From assembly GCA_965279375.1 (NCBI GenBank), contig OZ257156.1, forward strand, positions 3,072,001 to 3,136,000: a stretch of DNA of 64,000 nucleotides, in the 5' to 3' direction. Under the pieces are notes generated by a model that ran no database searches, had not been told where the DNA came from, and saw only the letters and a list, made by a program, of their open reading frames with translations. The translations under genes were made by a program, and so were the position numbers. This document shows, piece after piece, positions 1 through 9,659 of this stretch (positions are counted from its first letter, which is position 1; each line of letters opens with the position of its first letter). The DNA is from Gemmatimonas sp. (GTDB lineage Bacteria; Gemmatimonadota; Gemmatimonadetes; Gemmatimonadales; Gemmatimonadaceae).

Positions 1-2
1 TC

Positions 3-2663
3 GCGCATCCCACCAATCCGGACATCGCGTTCGTGGCCGCGGTAGGCAATCTCTGGCGCCCCGCGAGTGAGCGCGGCGTCTATCGCACCACCGATGCCGG
101 AAAGACGTGGACCAAGGTGCTGGCGGTGGACTCCGTGACGGGCGCGAACGAGATCATCATGGATCCGCGCAACCCGCAGGTGCTTTACGCCAGCACGTAT
201 TCGCGGTTGCGCTCGTCCTTTGGCTTCAACGGCGGCGGCGCCGGCAGCGGCATCTGGAAGAGCACCGATGGCGGAACCACGTGGGCGAAGATCGAGACTG
301 GCATTCCGGCGGGCGACAAGGGACGCATTGGTCTCGCGATTGCGATGTCCAAGCCCGATGTACTCATCGCCACGGTAGAGAGTTTGCAGCAGGGCGGCAC
401 CTTTCGTTCCGAAGACGCCGGTGCGACGTGGAAGCGCATGAGCGGCACGAATCCGCGCCCGATGTACTTCTCGCATCCCACCATCGATCCCACCAACGAT
501 CAGCGCGTGTGGATGATGGGCGTGCAGCCGAGCAAGAGCGAAAACGGCGGCACGACGTTCGAGCCGATGCCTAATTCGCCGACGTACGATCTGGGTCTCA
601 AGGATGACCATCACGCGCTGTGGATCGATCCGCGCGATTCGCGCCACGTGCTGTTGGGTGGTGATGGTGGTCTGCACGAAAGCTGGGACCTGGGATACAC
701 CTACGCGCGGTTAAACAATTTTGCCGTGGGGCAGTTCTATCGCATCGCGGTGGACGATCGCGACCCGTACTGGATCTACGGCGGCATGCAGGATGCGCAC
801 TCGTGGATGGGCCCGAGCGCGACGAGCCACTGGCTCGGCATTCTCAATCAGGACTGGCTGCAGATCGGCTTCTCCGACGGCACAGGGCAGGCGGTTGATC
901 AGAAGGGCGCGCGCTACGTCTACAGCACGTCCAGCGGCGGCAACATCTCGCGCGTGGATGTCGTGACTGGCGATCGCTGGGACATTCAGCCCGTGGCGCC
1001 GAGCGGTGAGAGCTATCGCTTCGATTGGACCGCACCGGTGGTCGCTTCCAAGCACAAGGCTGGCACTGTGTACCTCGGCGCCAACAAGCTGCTCACGTCG
1101 ACCGATTTCGGCAGCACGTGGACGGCGTCGGCAGAGCTCACGAAGGTGGTGAATCGCGATACGCTGTCGATGGGGGGCGTGAAAAACGCCGACATTCGTT
1201 TGTCGCGCAACGACGGCGAAACGAACTTCAGCGAGATCACCTCGATCGCCGAAAGTCCAGTCGACCGCAAGGTCCTCTGGGTTGGTACCGACGACGGCAA
1301 CGTGCAGCTCTCGCGCGACGGCGGAAAGACCTTCACCGAAGTGGGCAAGAACATCCGCGGCGTACCGACGCTGTCGTTCGTCGATCGCATCGTGGCGAGC
1401 GGCGCGGGTGCGGGGACGGCGTATGCGACCATCGAGAACCATCGCGTCGGCGACTTCGCACCGTACATCTTCAAGACCACGGATTTTGGCACCACGTGGA
1501 CGCGTGTGACCGAGGGATTGCCGAACGGAAATCCCGTGCGCTCGATCGCCGAATTCCCTGGCGTGCCCAATGTCTTGATCGCAGGCACCGAGCGGTTCGT
1601 GTACTACACGCTCGACGGTGGGGCGCGCTGGACGCAACTCAAGGCCAATCTTCCGCCCACGCGCTACGACGACATCGTGATTCATCCGCGCACGAAGGAC
1701 ATCGTGCTGGCCACGCACGGTCGCAGCATCTGGGTGCTGGATGACGCGACGCCGCTCGTGGAGTGGGCGCAGTCGATGCAGCCCGCGGCGGCCACGGCCC
1801 CCAAGGCAAAGCTGTTCCCTGTACGTCAGGCGACGCTCACGCTCTATCGTGCGGACGTCTCCACGGCGGCGCATGCCTTCTACGCGTCAGAGAATCCAGC
1901 CGAAGGCGCGACGTTCACCTACTTCGTGCCCTCGAGGATCGATACGGTGCGCTTCACGGTGACCAATGCATCGGGTCGCGTTGTGCGCACCTTCACCGCG
2001 TCAGCCAAGGCGGGTGTGGTGCAGCGCGTGAACTGGGATCTGCGCTGGCCCGCGCCGGCGGGTGGTTTCGGCGGATTCGGCGGTGGCGGTGAGGAAGGCG
2101 GCGGCCCACCGGCTCCACCGGCTGGCGCGGGCGGCATGACGCGCGCTGCTGCCGGCGCTGGGCGTCGTCCTGCGTTGCCGATCCCGGCGCATGACATTGG
2201 TGCGCGTGGCTTCCACGTCGCGCCGGGCACGTTCACCGTGCGCATGCTCGCCGGCGCCGACACACTCACGCAAACCTTCACGGTCCGCGGCGATCCGACC
2301 AGCGACGTCACGCTCAAGGAGCACAAGGCGCGCGAGGCATTCCTGCTCGAGGCGACGGAGGTGTCAGCGAAGTTGACGGCGGCTACCACGGCGTTCCGTG
2401 CGAAGCTGCAGGCGGCAACCGGCGCCGAGCAGCAGCGGCTGCAGGCCGTGGCGCTGCAGCTGGGACTGGCACCGGCGGCAGCAGGCGGTCGTGGCGGGCG
2501 CGGCGGTCGTGGTGGCCCGGGCGCGGCGCTGCAAGGCGTGGTTAGCGGCTACAACGGCAGCGGCGTGCGACAGGCGACCATGAAGGGACCGCCCGGTACG
2601 CATCTGCAGCAGCTCGCCATCGCGAAGCAAGCGTTGGCGTCACTCGAAGCGGCCCTCAAGTAA
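3..2663 (+). CDS. BNR/Asp-box repeat (VPS10/sortilin-like) beta-propeller protein, putative glycosyl hydrolase; 5' end lies outside the window
   Basis: Many S/T-x-D-G-G-x-T-W Asp-box repeats (TTDAGKTW, STDGGTTW, SEDAGATW, SRDGGKTF); reading frame is open from base 3. Confidence 0.8.
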   Translation, partial: AHPTNPDIAFVAAVGNLWRPASERGVYRTTDAGKTWTKVLAVDSVTGANEIIMDPRNPQVLYASTYSRLRSSFGFNGGGAGSGIWKSTDGGTTWAKIETGIPAGDKGRIGLAIAMSKPDVLIATVESLQQGGTFRSEDAGATWKRMSGTNPRPMYFSHPTIDPTNDQRVWMMGVQPSKSENGGTTFEPMPNSPTYDLGLKDDHHALWIDPRDSRHVLLGGDGGLHESWDLGYTYARLNNFAVGQFYRIAVDDRDPYWIYGGMQDAHSWMGPSATSHWLGILNQDWLQIGFSDGTGQAVDQKGARYVYSTSSGGNISRVDVVTGDRWDIQPVAPSGESYRFDWTAPVVASKHKAGTVYLGANKLLTSTDFGSTWTASAELTKVVNRDTLSMGGVKNADIRLSRNDGETNFSEITSIAESPVDRKVLWVGTDDGNVQLSRDGGKTFTEVGKNIRGVPTLSFVDRIVASGAGAGTAYATIENHRVGDFAPYIFKTTDFGTTWTRVTEGLPNGNPVRSIAEFPGVPNVLIAGTERFVYYTLDGGARWTQLKANLPPTRYDDIVIHPRTKDIVLATHGRSIWVLDDATPLVEWAQSMQPAAATAPKAKLFPVRQATLTLYRADVSTAAHAFYASENPAEGATFTYFVPSRIDTVRFTVTNASGRVVRTFTASAKAGVVQRVNWDLRWPAPAGGFGGFGGGGEEGGGPPAPPAGAGGMTRAAAGAGRRPALPIPAHDIGARGFHVAPGTFTVRMLAGADTLTQTFTVRGDPTSDVTLKEHKAREAFLLEATEVSAKLTAATTAFRAKLQAATGAEQQRLQAVALQLGLAPAAAGGRGGRGGRGGPGAALQGVVSGYNGSGVRQATMKGPPGTHLQQLAIAKQALASLEAALK

Positions 2664-2729
2664 GCGATCGTCGGTCGGTGTGGTTCCGCTGCGCGAAACT
2701 GTCGGAGACGTAGCAGCGTACCAGAGATC

Positions 2730-3113
2730 ATGATCTTCCTCGTCAACTTCCTCTGGTTCGTCTTCGGCGGTTTCTTCGCGTGGTGCGGCTGGATGCTCGG
2801 CGGCCTGCTGCTCGCGATCTCCGTTGTCGGGCTCCCGTGGGCGTTCGCGGCGTTCCGCATTGCGGGCTTCGCGGCGTGGCCGTTTGGACGACAGCTCGTT
2901 GATGCACGCGCGGTGGGCGATCAGGTCATCATCGGCACCGGCATCGCGAATCTGTTGTGGGTGATCTTTGCCGGTCTGTGGCTGTGGATCGGACACGTCG
3001 CGGTCGGTGTGGGGCTCTGCTGCACGATCATCGGCATCCCATTTGGACTCGCGCACTTCAAGCTGGCGGCGGTGAGTTTCGCGCCGCTCGGCAAGCGCGT
3101 GGTAGACTCCTGA
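2730..3113 (+). CDS. yccF: YccF-domain inner membrane protein
   Basis: Two repeats of N(F/L)LW..F(G/A)G ... IIGIPFG; ends in FAPLGK. Confidence 0.85.
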   Translation: MIFLVNFLWFVFGGFFAWCGWMLGGLLLAISVVGLPWAFAAFRIAGFAAWPFGRQLVDARAVGDQVIIGTGIANLLWVIFAGLWLWIGHVAVGVGLCCTIIGIPFGLAHFKLAAVSFAPLGKRVVDS

Positions 3114-3123
3114 TCCTCGGCCG

Positions 3124-3660
3124 GTGGCCAAGACACTCACCGTTGAGTACGTAGCGAGCGAGTCGATGTCCGCCACGGACCGCGACGCGCTCGTCGGGTT
3201 GTGCAGCGAAGCATATGATGAGCCGTTCGCCCAGTATTTCGCCGACATCGGACCGGGTGTGCACCTGCTCGGGCGTGTCGACGGCGAACTGGTGTCGCAC
3301 GTCATGTGGGTCTCGCGCACTCTGCACGTGCAGGGCTTGGGTAGCCTTCAGACGGCGTATGTCGAGGCCGTGGCAACGCTGCCGGCGGTGCAGGGGCGCG
3401 GCTACGCGAGTGCGCTCATGCGTGCAGCACCCGATCATTTGGCGGCCTTCGATCTCGCCGCGCTCTCACCGAGCGACCACGCGTGGTATGCGCGATTCGG
3501 TTGGGAGACCTGGCACGGGCCGTTGTCGTGTTGGCACCACGGCGTGGAGGTAGCCACGCCGGATGAAGAGCTGATGGTGCTACGACTTCCGCATACGCCT
3601 GCTGCTCTCGACGTGCGCGCGGCGATTGCGTGCGACTGGCGGCCCGGCGAGGTGTGGTAG
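3124..3660 (+). CDS. GNAT acetyltransferase, aminoglycoside 2'-N-acetyltransferase AAC(2')-I-like
   Basis: YVEAVAT..QGRGYAS acetyl-CoA motif, YARFGWETWHGP, and C-terminal CDWRPGEVW as in AAC(2')-I proteins. Confidence 0.7.
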   Translation: MAKTLTVEYVASESMSATDRDALVGLCSEAYDEPFAQYFADIGPGVHLLGRVDGELVSHVMWVSRTLHVQGLGSLQTAYVEAVATLPAVQGRGYASALMRAAPDHLAAFDLAALSPSDHAWYARFGWETWHGPLSCWHHGVEVATPDEELMVLRLPHTPAALDVRAAIACDWRPGEVW

Positions 3661-3701
3661 ACTCTCCCCTTCACGCGCCCGGTGCACGCTCGTTGCGACT
3701 G

Positions 3702-4502
3702 CTACCGCAGGCTCGAGAAATCCGTCGGCACCAGGAACATCGACTTCACCACCGTAGTCAGTGAAGTGCCCGCGGCCTTCTCGGATGCGGCGCGCACATT
3801 GATCCAAGCGGAGTCCGCACGAAACGCCGCCCAACCCGCCGTTGCCGCGGCGCGCGACGCGTGGCCCAGCAAGTAGATCATCGACGTGCCGCTGCCGTCC
3901 TTGGCGTCGGTCGGATGCCAGTAGGCGATGTTCTGCATGCCGTGCGAGGCGAAGATTCCAAGCGTGTGATCGCGAAAACGCGCATCGAGATTGGTGAGCA
4001 GCCCGGTCGGAGTCGTGTACGTGCGCAGCTCGAAGACGCGCGCTCCGCCGCTCGTCGAGGCGAACATCTCCGGTGAGAAGTCGGTCGCGCTAATGAACAC
4101 CGAGGCGATCTTGGCCACGATGGGACCGTTCGCCTCGCTCTCCGCAGCCACGCGCTTCCACACCGTGTCGGCCACGAATGCCTTCCAGCTCGCGGCGGCC
4201 GCGTTACGACTCTGGTGGCGCAGCACATATACAAGCGTGGTGCCCGCGCCGTCGGCCGAGTCCATTGGCGTGAAATAGCCGACATTCACCATGCCGTGCT
4301 TGGTGAACAGCCGCGTCGTGTGATCGCGGAAACGCGCCAGCACATTGGACAGCTTACCCGGCGCGGCGGTGTACGTGCGCAGTTCGTAGACAACGCCCGC
4401 GGGTGCGGTTGGCGTTTGCGCGGCCAACGGCCTCGCTGGCACCATCACGACTGATAGCGCGATCGCGAGCGTTGACCAGAACTGTCGACGAGTACCGCGC
4501 AT
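3702..4502 (-). CDS. Exported tandem-NIPSNAP-domain protein
   Basis: Two (Y/F)ELRTYT...ARFRDHT NIPSNAP repeats; signal peptide MRGTRRQFWSTLAIAL...PLAA; ATG at 4502 overlaps the upstream stop (TGATG). Confidence 0.8.
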   Translation of the reverse strand: MRGTRRQFWSTLAIALSVVMVPARPLAAQTPTAPAGVVYELRTYTAAPGKLSNVLARFRDHTTRLFTKHGMVNVGYFTPMDSADGAGTTLVYVLRHQSRNAAAASWKAFVADTVWKRVAAESEANGPIVAKIASVFISATDFSPEMFASTSGGARVFELRTYTTPTGLLTNLDARFRDHTLGIFASHGMQNIAYWHPTDAKDGSGTSMIYLLGHASRAAATAGWAAFRADSAWINVRAASEKAAGTSLTTVVKSMFLVPTDFSSLR

Positions 4503-4909
4503 CACTTGGCCCGCATTCGATTTCCCCGTGGGTTGTGTTCGACTTCGGCGAGTCCCAACTCTTCCATCAGCGGCGGAATGTACATCCCGAAGCGTCCACG
4601 AAAGCCTTTCTTGCGGCCATACCATCCGCCCACGGGATTGTCCGGCGAGCGTCCCCATGCTTCAACCGTGCCGTCCTTGGCTGGCTTCTGCTCGTCGGCG
4701 GAGCCGAGCTCCATCCAGTCTCCGTGCGCGACGAGCATCGTGCGAAGATCGGCGAGACAGCGATACTCGTAGTGCAGAATCGTCTTGCCTACCGTGCAGA
4801 CAAGCATGTCTACGCCGCCGATTGTATCACGATGCATCGTGAACTCAGAGGTACCCGGCGGTGTCTTGAGCAACCACGGATTCTTTGCGGTGCCGCGTTC
4901 GCTACTCAT
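4502..4909 (-). CDS. Conserved hypothetical protein (DUF6855-like)
   Basis: PWLLKTPPGTSEF...LGSADEQKPAK.GTVEAW.RS..NPVGGWYG..KG.RGRF; family name recalled from memory. Confidence 0.6.
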   Translation of the reverse strand: MSSERGTAKNPWLLKTPPGTSEFTMHRDTIGGVDMLVCTVGKTILHYEYRCLADLRTMLVAHGDWMELGSADEQKPAKDGTVEAWGRSPDNPVGGWYGRKKGFRGRFGMYIPPLMEELGLAEVEHNPRGNRMRAK

Positions 4910-5008
4910 CGCGCGTCTCCTGGGCCGACGTTTGTCGAGCGGGTGGGAGCCTCAACACTCCGGCGGTCGGGAGCGGCTGTCAAGCAACGAATCGGAGAAG
5001 CGCCCCGA

Positions 5009-6256
5009 TCAGGCCGCGAGGATGGGGAGTCCCTGCCGCGCTCGTGTGGATCGATCGCTGCCGTCGCGCATGCCACGTTCAATGACGCCGCCTCCCAGCA
5101 CGTGTGCGCCGTCGAACATCACGAGCGACTGCCCGGGCGTGATTGCGGCCACCGGCTCTTCCAACGCCATCTCCACCACATCGCGCTCGATGCGCACGAT
5201 CGTCGCTGGCACCGCCCGCGCGCGATTGCGTACCTGCACCTGCACGCGCGCACCCACCACCGGCGCATCGGCCAGCCAATTCAACTCGCGTGCTTCGAGT
5301 CCGCGCCCGAGCAACGCGTCACGCGGGCCAATCACCACGGCTCGCTCACTGGCGATGATGTCGACCACGTACATCGGCTCCGCGAAGCCACCCGGCAGCC
5401 CCTTGCGCTGGCCGATGGTGAAGCGCGCGAAGCCCGAATGTTCACCCACGACCTCGCCCGTGTGCAGACGCAACGGTCCCGCCGACAACGACGGCGCATC
5501 CGCACCCAGACGCTCACGCAGAATGCGCACGTGGTCGCCGTCGGGCACGAAGCAGATGTCCTGACTCTCGGCCTTCTCCGCGGTGCGCAGCCCAAAGCGT
5601 CGCGCAATGTCGCGCGTCTCAGGCTTCGTCTGTCCACCGATCGGCAGCACCAGCCGATCGAGCACGGCGCGCTCGATCCCCCAGAGGAAATAGCTCTGAT
5701 CCTTTGCCGGATCGAGCCCGCGCAACAGCGCGCGCTGCCCGTTCACGTCGCCCATGCGTGCGTAGTGGCCCGTCGCCAACCAGTGCGCATCGATCGCGTC
5801 GGCCTTGAGCAGCAGATCGCGGAACTTGGTGAACGTGTTGCATCGCACACACGGAATCGGCGTGCGGCCTCGCGCGTACTCCTGCACGAAATCGTCCAGC
5901 ACATCGTGCCCGAATCGGTCGACGAGATTCACCACGTAGTGCGGTACGCCAAGCTTCTCGCAGACACGCCGCGCGTCACTCGTGGAATCCAGTGAGCAGC
6001 ACGGACGATCCGGCACGTCGCTCCCGTCCTCGTGCAGCTTCATGGTGATGCCAACCACGTCGCAGCCGCGCTCCACCAACAGCGCTGCGGCCACCGACGA
6101 ATCCACACCGCCCGACATCGCCACCAACACGCGCTCGCCAGGCTGCGGCCCGGCCCACACGCGCTCCGGATCGACGGAGTACTCCGCCGTCTCGCCGACC
6201 GAGAACTCTGGCGAGATCTCGGCAGAGAACTCCTGTGAGCTCTCGAGATCGTGCAT
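5009..6256 (-). CDS. mnmA: tRNA 2-thiouridine(34) synthase MnmA
   Basis: SGGVDS PP-loop, TPIPCVRCN, ATGHYAR, KDQSYFL, ESQDICF, FTIGQRKGL; ATG overlaps the iscS stop (TGATG). Confidence 0.95.
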   Translation of the reverse strand: MHDLESSQEFSAEISPEFSVGETAEYSVDPERVWAGPQPGERVLVAMSGGVDSSVAAALLVERGCDVVGITMKLHEDGSDVPDRPCCSLDSTSDARRVCEKLGVPHYVVNLVDRFGHDVLDDFVQEYARGRTPIPCVRCNTFTKFRDLLLKADAIDAHWLATGHYARMGDVNGQRALLRGLDPAKDQSYFLWGIERAVLDRLVLPIGGQTKPETRDIARRFGLRTAEKAESQDICFVPDGDHVRILRERLGADAPSLSAGPLRLHTGEVVGEHSGFARFTIGQRKGLPGGFAEPMYVVDIIASERAVVIGPRDALLGRGLEARELNWLADAPVVGARVQVQVRNRARAVPATIVRIERDVVEMALEEPVAAITPGQSLVMFDGAHVLGGGVIERGMRDGSDRSTRARQGLPILAA

Positions 6257-7419
6257 CAGTCGAACACCGGCATCGGTGCGCGCGCCTTCTCGGCGAGCGT
6301 GCCGAGCACCGTCACTACGCGATCGACGCTGGACTCGTCGCTCATGCAGCCGAGCGACAACCGAAGCGCCGCGTTGGCAACTTGCGGTGAGACGCCGAGG
6401 GCGGAGAGCACGTGTGAGGCGGAAACGCTCCCGCTCTGGCACGCTGAGCCGGCGCTGCAGGCGATGCCGCGTAGGTCGAGCGCCATCAGCATCGATTCGC
6501 TGTCCGTGCCGGGGATCGATACGTTGGAAATGTGCGGTGCGCGCGCGGCGTGCTCGCCGTGAATCACGATGTCGGGGATGCGCGCACGCAGCGCCGTCTC
6601 GAGGCGATCGCGCAGCGTCAGCAGGCGCGTGTGTTCTGCTTCTTGCTCGGCGAGGATCAACTCTGCCGCTGTCGCCAGCCCGATGGCGAACGCGACGTTC
6701 TCCGTGCCAGGACGGCGCCCGCGGTCCTGCGAACCACCGTGGAACATCGGTTCGAGCGGCGTATCACGTCGAATGAACAGCGCGCCGATTCCTTTCGGTG
6801 CGCCGAGCTTGTGTCCCGAAATCGTGAGCAGGTCAAACGGAATGGTGCGCGCGTCGATGTGCACCTTGCCGAACGCCTGCACCGCATCGGTGTGAAAGAC
6901 CGCGCCCACAGCCTTGGCCTGCGCCGCGAGGGCCGGCACGTCCTGCATCACCCCGATCTCGTTGTTCACCCACATGATGCTCGCCACGGCGACGGTCTGA
7001 TCAAGACAGGCCGCGAACGCGTCGGCGGTGACGATGCCATCGGCGTTGACCGCGACGATCCGCTCACTGCCACCCTCGTGAACCACCTGATGCACCGCCG
7101 CCAGCACCGCCTTGTGCTCGATGGGGGTGGTGACGGCAACGTGTCGGCCATGTGCGCGCAGTGTGCGGGCCACGCCGAGAATGGCGAAGTTGTCCCCCTC
7201 GGTACCGCCAGAGGTGAAGCAGACTTCGTCCGGTCGGGCGCCGAGACAGGCGGCGAGACGCTCACGGGCTTCGTCGAGAGCGACGCGCGCATCGCGTCCC
7301 CAGCGATGGACGCTCGACGGATTGCCGAAGCGGGCGCCGAAGAAGGGGGCCATGGCCGCCATGACCTCGTCGCGCACGGGCGTCGTGGCGGCGTGGTCCA
7401 GGTACACGGGCGTATTCAT
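6256..7419 (-). CDS. iscS: Cysteine desulfurase (IscS/NifS family)
   Basis: YLDHAATTP, FGNPSS, FTSGGTE, HTDAVQ, PLP lysine in SGHK, catalytic SAGSAC. Confidence 0.92.
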   Translation of the reverse strand: MNTPVYLDHAATTPVRDEVMAAMAPFFGARFGNPSSVHRWGRDARVALDEARERLAACLGARPDEVCFTSGGTEGDNFAILGVARTLRAHGRHVAVTTPIEHKAVLAAVHQVVHEGGSERIVAVNADGIVTADAFAACLDQTVAVASIMWVNNEIGVMQDVPALAAQAKAVGAVFHTDAVQAFGKVHIDARTIPFDLLTISGHKLGAPKGIGALFIRRDTPLEPMFHGGSQDRGRRPGTENVAFAIGLATAAELILAEQEAEHTRLLTLRDRLETALRARIPDIVIHGEHAARAPHISNVSIPGTDSESMLMALDLRGIACSAGSACQSGSVSASHVLSALGVSPQVANAALRLSLGCMSDESSVDRVVTVLGTLAEKARAPMPVFD

Positions 7420-7480
7420 CCACCTAAGTTACAGGGAACCCGGAACGGTTGCACCCGTCGCTCTCTCCGTCGGTCGCTGC

Positions 7481-8548
7481 ATGTTCACCACCTGTATTCA
7501 CTGCACGGCCGATCTTGGCCGGAATGAAGCCTTCGAGGTGTTCCCGGTAGGGACGCGCCTCGCCTTCGACGCCGCCCGCGGACGCCTCTGGGTCGTGTGC
7601 CGCCAGTGTGACAGATGGAACCTGTCCCCGCTCGAGGAGCGCTGGGAGGCGGTGGAGGAAGCGGAACGGCGTTACCGCGATAGCCGCCTGCGCGTGAGCA
7701 CCGACCACATCGGTCTCGCACGGCTGCGCGAAGGGGTGGACCTCATCCGGATCGGCGAACCGCAGCGCCCCGAGATGGCGGCGTGGCGCTATGGCGATCA
7801 GTTCGGACGGCGGCGCAAACGCCAGATGCTGATCACGGGCGCTGTCGTGGGCAGCGCGACGCTGATCGTTGGCGGCATGGTCTGGGTTGGGGCCAGCGTG
7901 GGCAGTTTCGCCGGCTTTTACGGAAACTCCGGCATCTGGGACGCCGCGATCAACGGCCGACAGGGCAAGTCCATCGGGCGCATTCCGCTGCAAGACGGTC
8001 GCTACGTGGACGTGCAGCGTCGACACGCGCGCATGAGCTCACTCGAATATCAGGGCGACGACGCGCCGCTGACGCTCCGACTTGAATCGGTGGAAGGGAC
8101 GCATCTGCTGACGGGTGAAGCGGCGATGCGCGCCGCCGCGCGTCTGATGCCGACGGTGAATCGCTTTGGCGGAAAACCCGGGGAAGTCCGCGACGCGGTC
8201 ACGCTGCTCGAGCGCGCCGGTGATGCCACGCGCATGTTGCACACGGTGCAGCGCAACTATGGGCTGCAGCCGACGCAGGAGCGATGGACGCGCAAGAAGT
8301 CGTTCTTCACGCAAGGAAACGAGGTGCGAAAGCTCCCCGGTACGCTGCACATGATGCCGCCGGGCTATCGACTCGCGCTCGAGATGGCGCTGCATGAAGA
8401 AAGCGAACGACGCGCAATGGAAGGGGAACTCGCGGAACTCGAGCGCGCATGGCGCGACGCAGAGTCGATCGCGAAGATCGCCGACGACATGTTCATGCCC
8501 GAGAGTGTCGAACAGCGCGTGAGCGCGCTCAAACCTCCCGAGGAATAG
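7481..8548 (+). CDS. Hypothetical protein with N-terminal Zn-ribbon (CxxC...CxxC), central Gly-rich hydrophobic segment and C-terminal coiled coil
   Basis: MFTTCIHC...VCRQCDRWNL; LALEMALHEESERRAMEGEL; paralogous to the next gene. Confidence 0.75.
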   Translation: MFTTCIHCTADLGRNEAFEVFPVGTRLAFDAARGRLWVVCRQCDRWNLSPLEERWEAVEEAERRYRDSRLRVSTDHIGLARLREGVDLIRIGEPQRPEMAAWRYGDQFGRRRKRQMLITGAVVGSATLIVGGMVWVGASVGSFAGFYGNSGIWDAAINGRQGKSIGRIPLQDGRYVDVQRRHARMSSLEYQGDDAPLTLRLESVEGTHLLTGEAAMRAAARLMPTVNRFGGKPGEVRDAVTLLERAGDATRMLHTVQRNYGLQPTQERWTRKKSFFTQGNEVRKLPGTLHMMPPGYRLALEMALHEESERRAMEGELAELERAWRDAESIAKIADDMFMPESVEQRVSALKPPEE

Positions 8549-8552
8549 TCCA

Positions 8553-9659
8553 CTGTATTCCCGCTGTATCCACTGCCAACAGTCGCTCGGCAGCAACGAG
8601 TCCATCGAAGCACTGCCCATCGGTCAACGACTCGCGTTCGACGCCGTCCACGGTCGCCTCTGGGTCGTGTGCCGATCGTGTGAGCGCTGGAATCTCACGC
8701 CCTTCGAAGAGCGCTGGGAAGCGATCGAGCAGGCGGAGCGCGCGTTTCGGGATACGCGCGTGCGCGTCAGCACGGACAACATCGGTCTCGCACGACTGCG
8801 CGACGGTACGGAGTTGGTGCGCGTTGGCGCGCCGTTGCGGCCCGAGTTTGCTGCGTGGCGCTATGGGGATCAGTTCGGACGGCGCGGTCGACGCAATCTG
8901 TTAACCACCGCTGGTATCGCCACCGGTGTCTCGGCGGGTGTTGGACTCGCGGTCTCTGGCGCGGTGGCCGCCGGCATTGGAATCGTCGCCGTCGTGCCGG
9001 TCGGGATGGCGCTGCTCTGGACCAGTATTCTCTCGTATACGGTTACGGGGGGCGTGCCACTGCGGCTGCCCGACGGTGAGAAGGTGCAGGTCTTCGGTAC
9101 ACCGCGCATCATCGCGATGGACGTCAGCGAGGGATGGGGGCTCGACATCGGCTGCGCGAACGAGGGACTGCAGCTGCCGCGGAGTCGATACCAGCGTGCG
9201 TGGTTCGAGACGAATCAGTATCAGCCCGCGGACGTCGTACGTCGTCAGCTGCGCGGCAACGATGCCGTGCCGTTCCTGCGGAACATGCTGCTCAAGGTCA
9301 ATCGCGGCGCGGCACCTCGACGTATCATCGCCGACGGGGTGCAGCTCATCGAAGAAGCGGGTGGCCCCGAGAACTTTCCCCGATGGGCCGCGGCAAAGCG
9401 ACACGATTGGGGAATGCGACAGACGTACGGAGACACGGGCGACATCGCATACATCCCGGCCGAGGCACGCCTCGCCTTCGAGATGGCCTTGCATGAGGAG
9501 AGCGAGCGCCGCGCCATGGACGGCGAGCTCGCAGCGCTCGAGCGCGCATGGCAGGACGCGGAAGGCGTTGCGCGCATTGCCGACGACTTACTTACGCCGC
9601 CCGCAGTGCAGCAGCGATTCGACGCAATCAAGTCCGCCGACGGCGACCGCTCAGCCTAA
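8553..9659 (+). CDS. Paralog of the 7481..8548 Zn-ribbon membrane protein; probable CTG start
   Basis: Frame reads CTG-YSRCIHCQQSLGSNE...VCRSCERWNL, collinear with the paralog from its first residue; GAGGA 8 nt upstream; in-frame TGA at 8520. Confidence 0.7.
   Translation: MYSRCIHCQQSLGSNESIEALPIGQRLAFDAVHGRLWVVCRSCERWNLTPFEERWEAIEQAERAFRDTRVRVSTDNIGLARLRDGTELVRVGAPLRPEFAAWRYGDQFGRRGRRNLLTTAGIATGVSAGVGLAVSGAVAAGIGIVAVVPVGMALLWTSILSYTVTGGVPLRLPDGEKVQVFGTPRIIAMDVSEGWGLDIGCANEGLQLPRSRYQRAWFETNQYQPADVVRRQLRGNDAVPFLRNMLLKVNRGAAPRRIIADGVQLIEEAGGPENFPRWAAAKRHDWGMRQTYGDTGDIAYIPAEARLAFEMALHEESERRAMDGELAALERAWQDAEGVARIADDLLTPPAVQQRFDAIKSADGDRSA

Noticed and set aside
3..2663. Ycf48-like photosystem assembly factor
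   Set aside because: Generic Asp-box propeller lying over 9 kb outside the PGC with no PpsR site seen; nothing links it to photosynthesis
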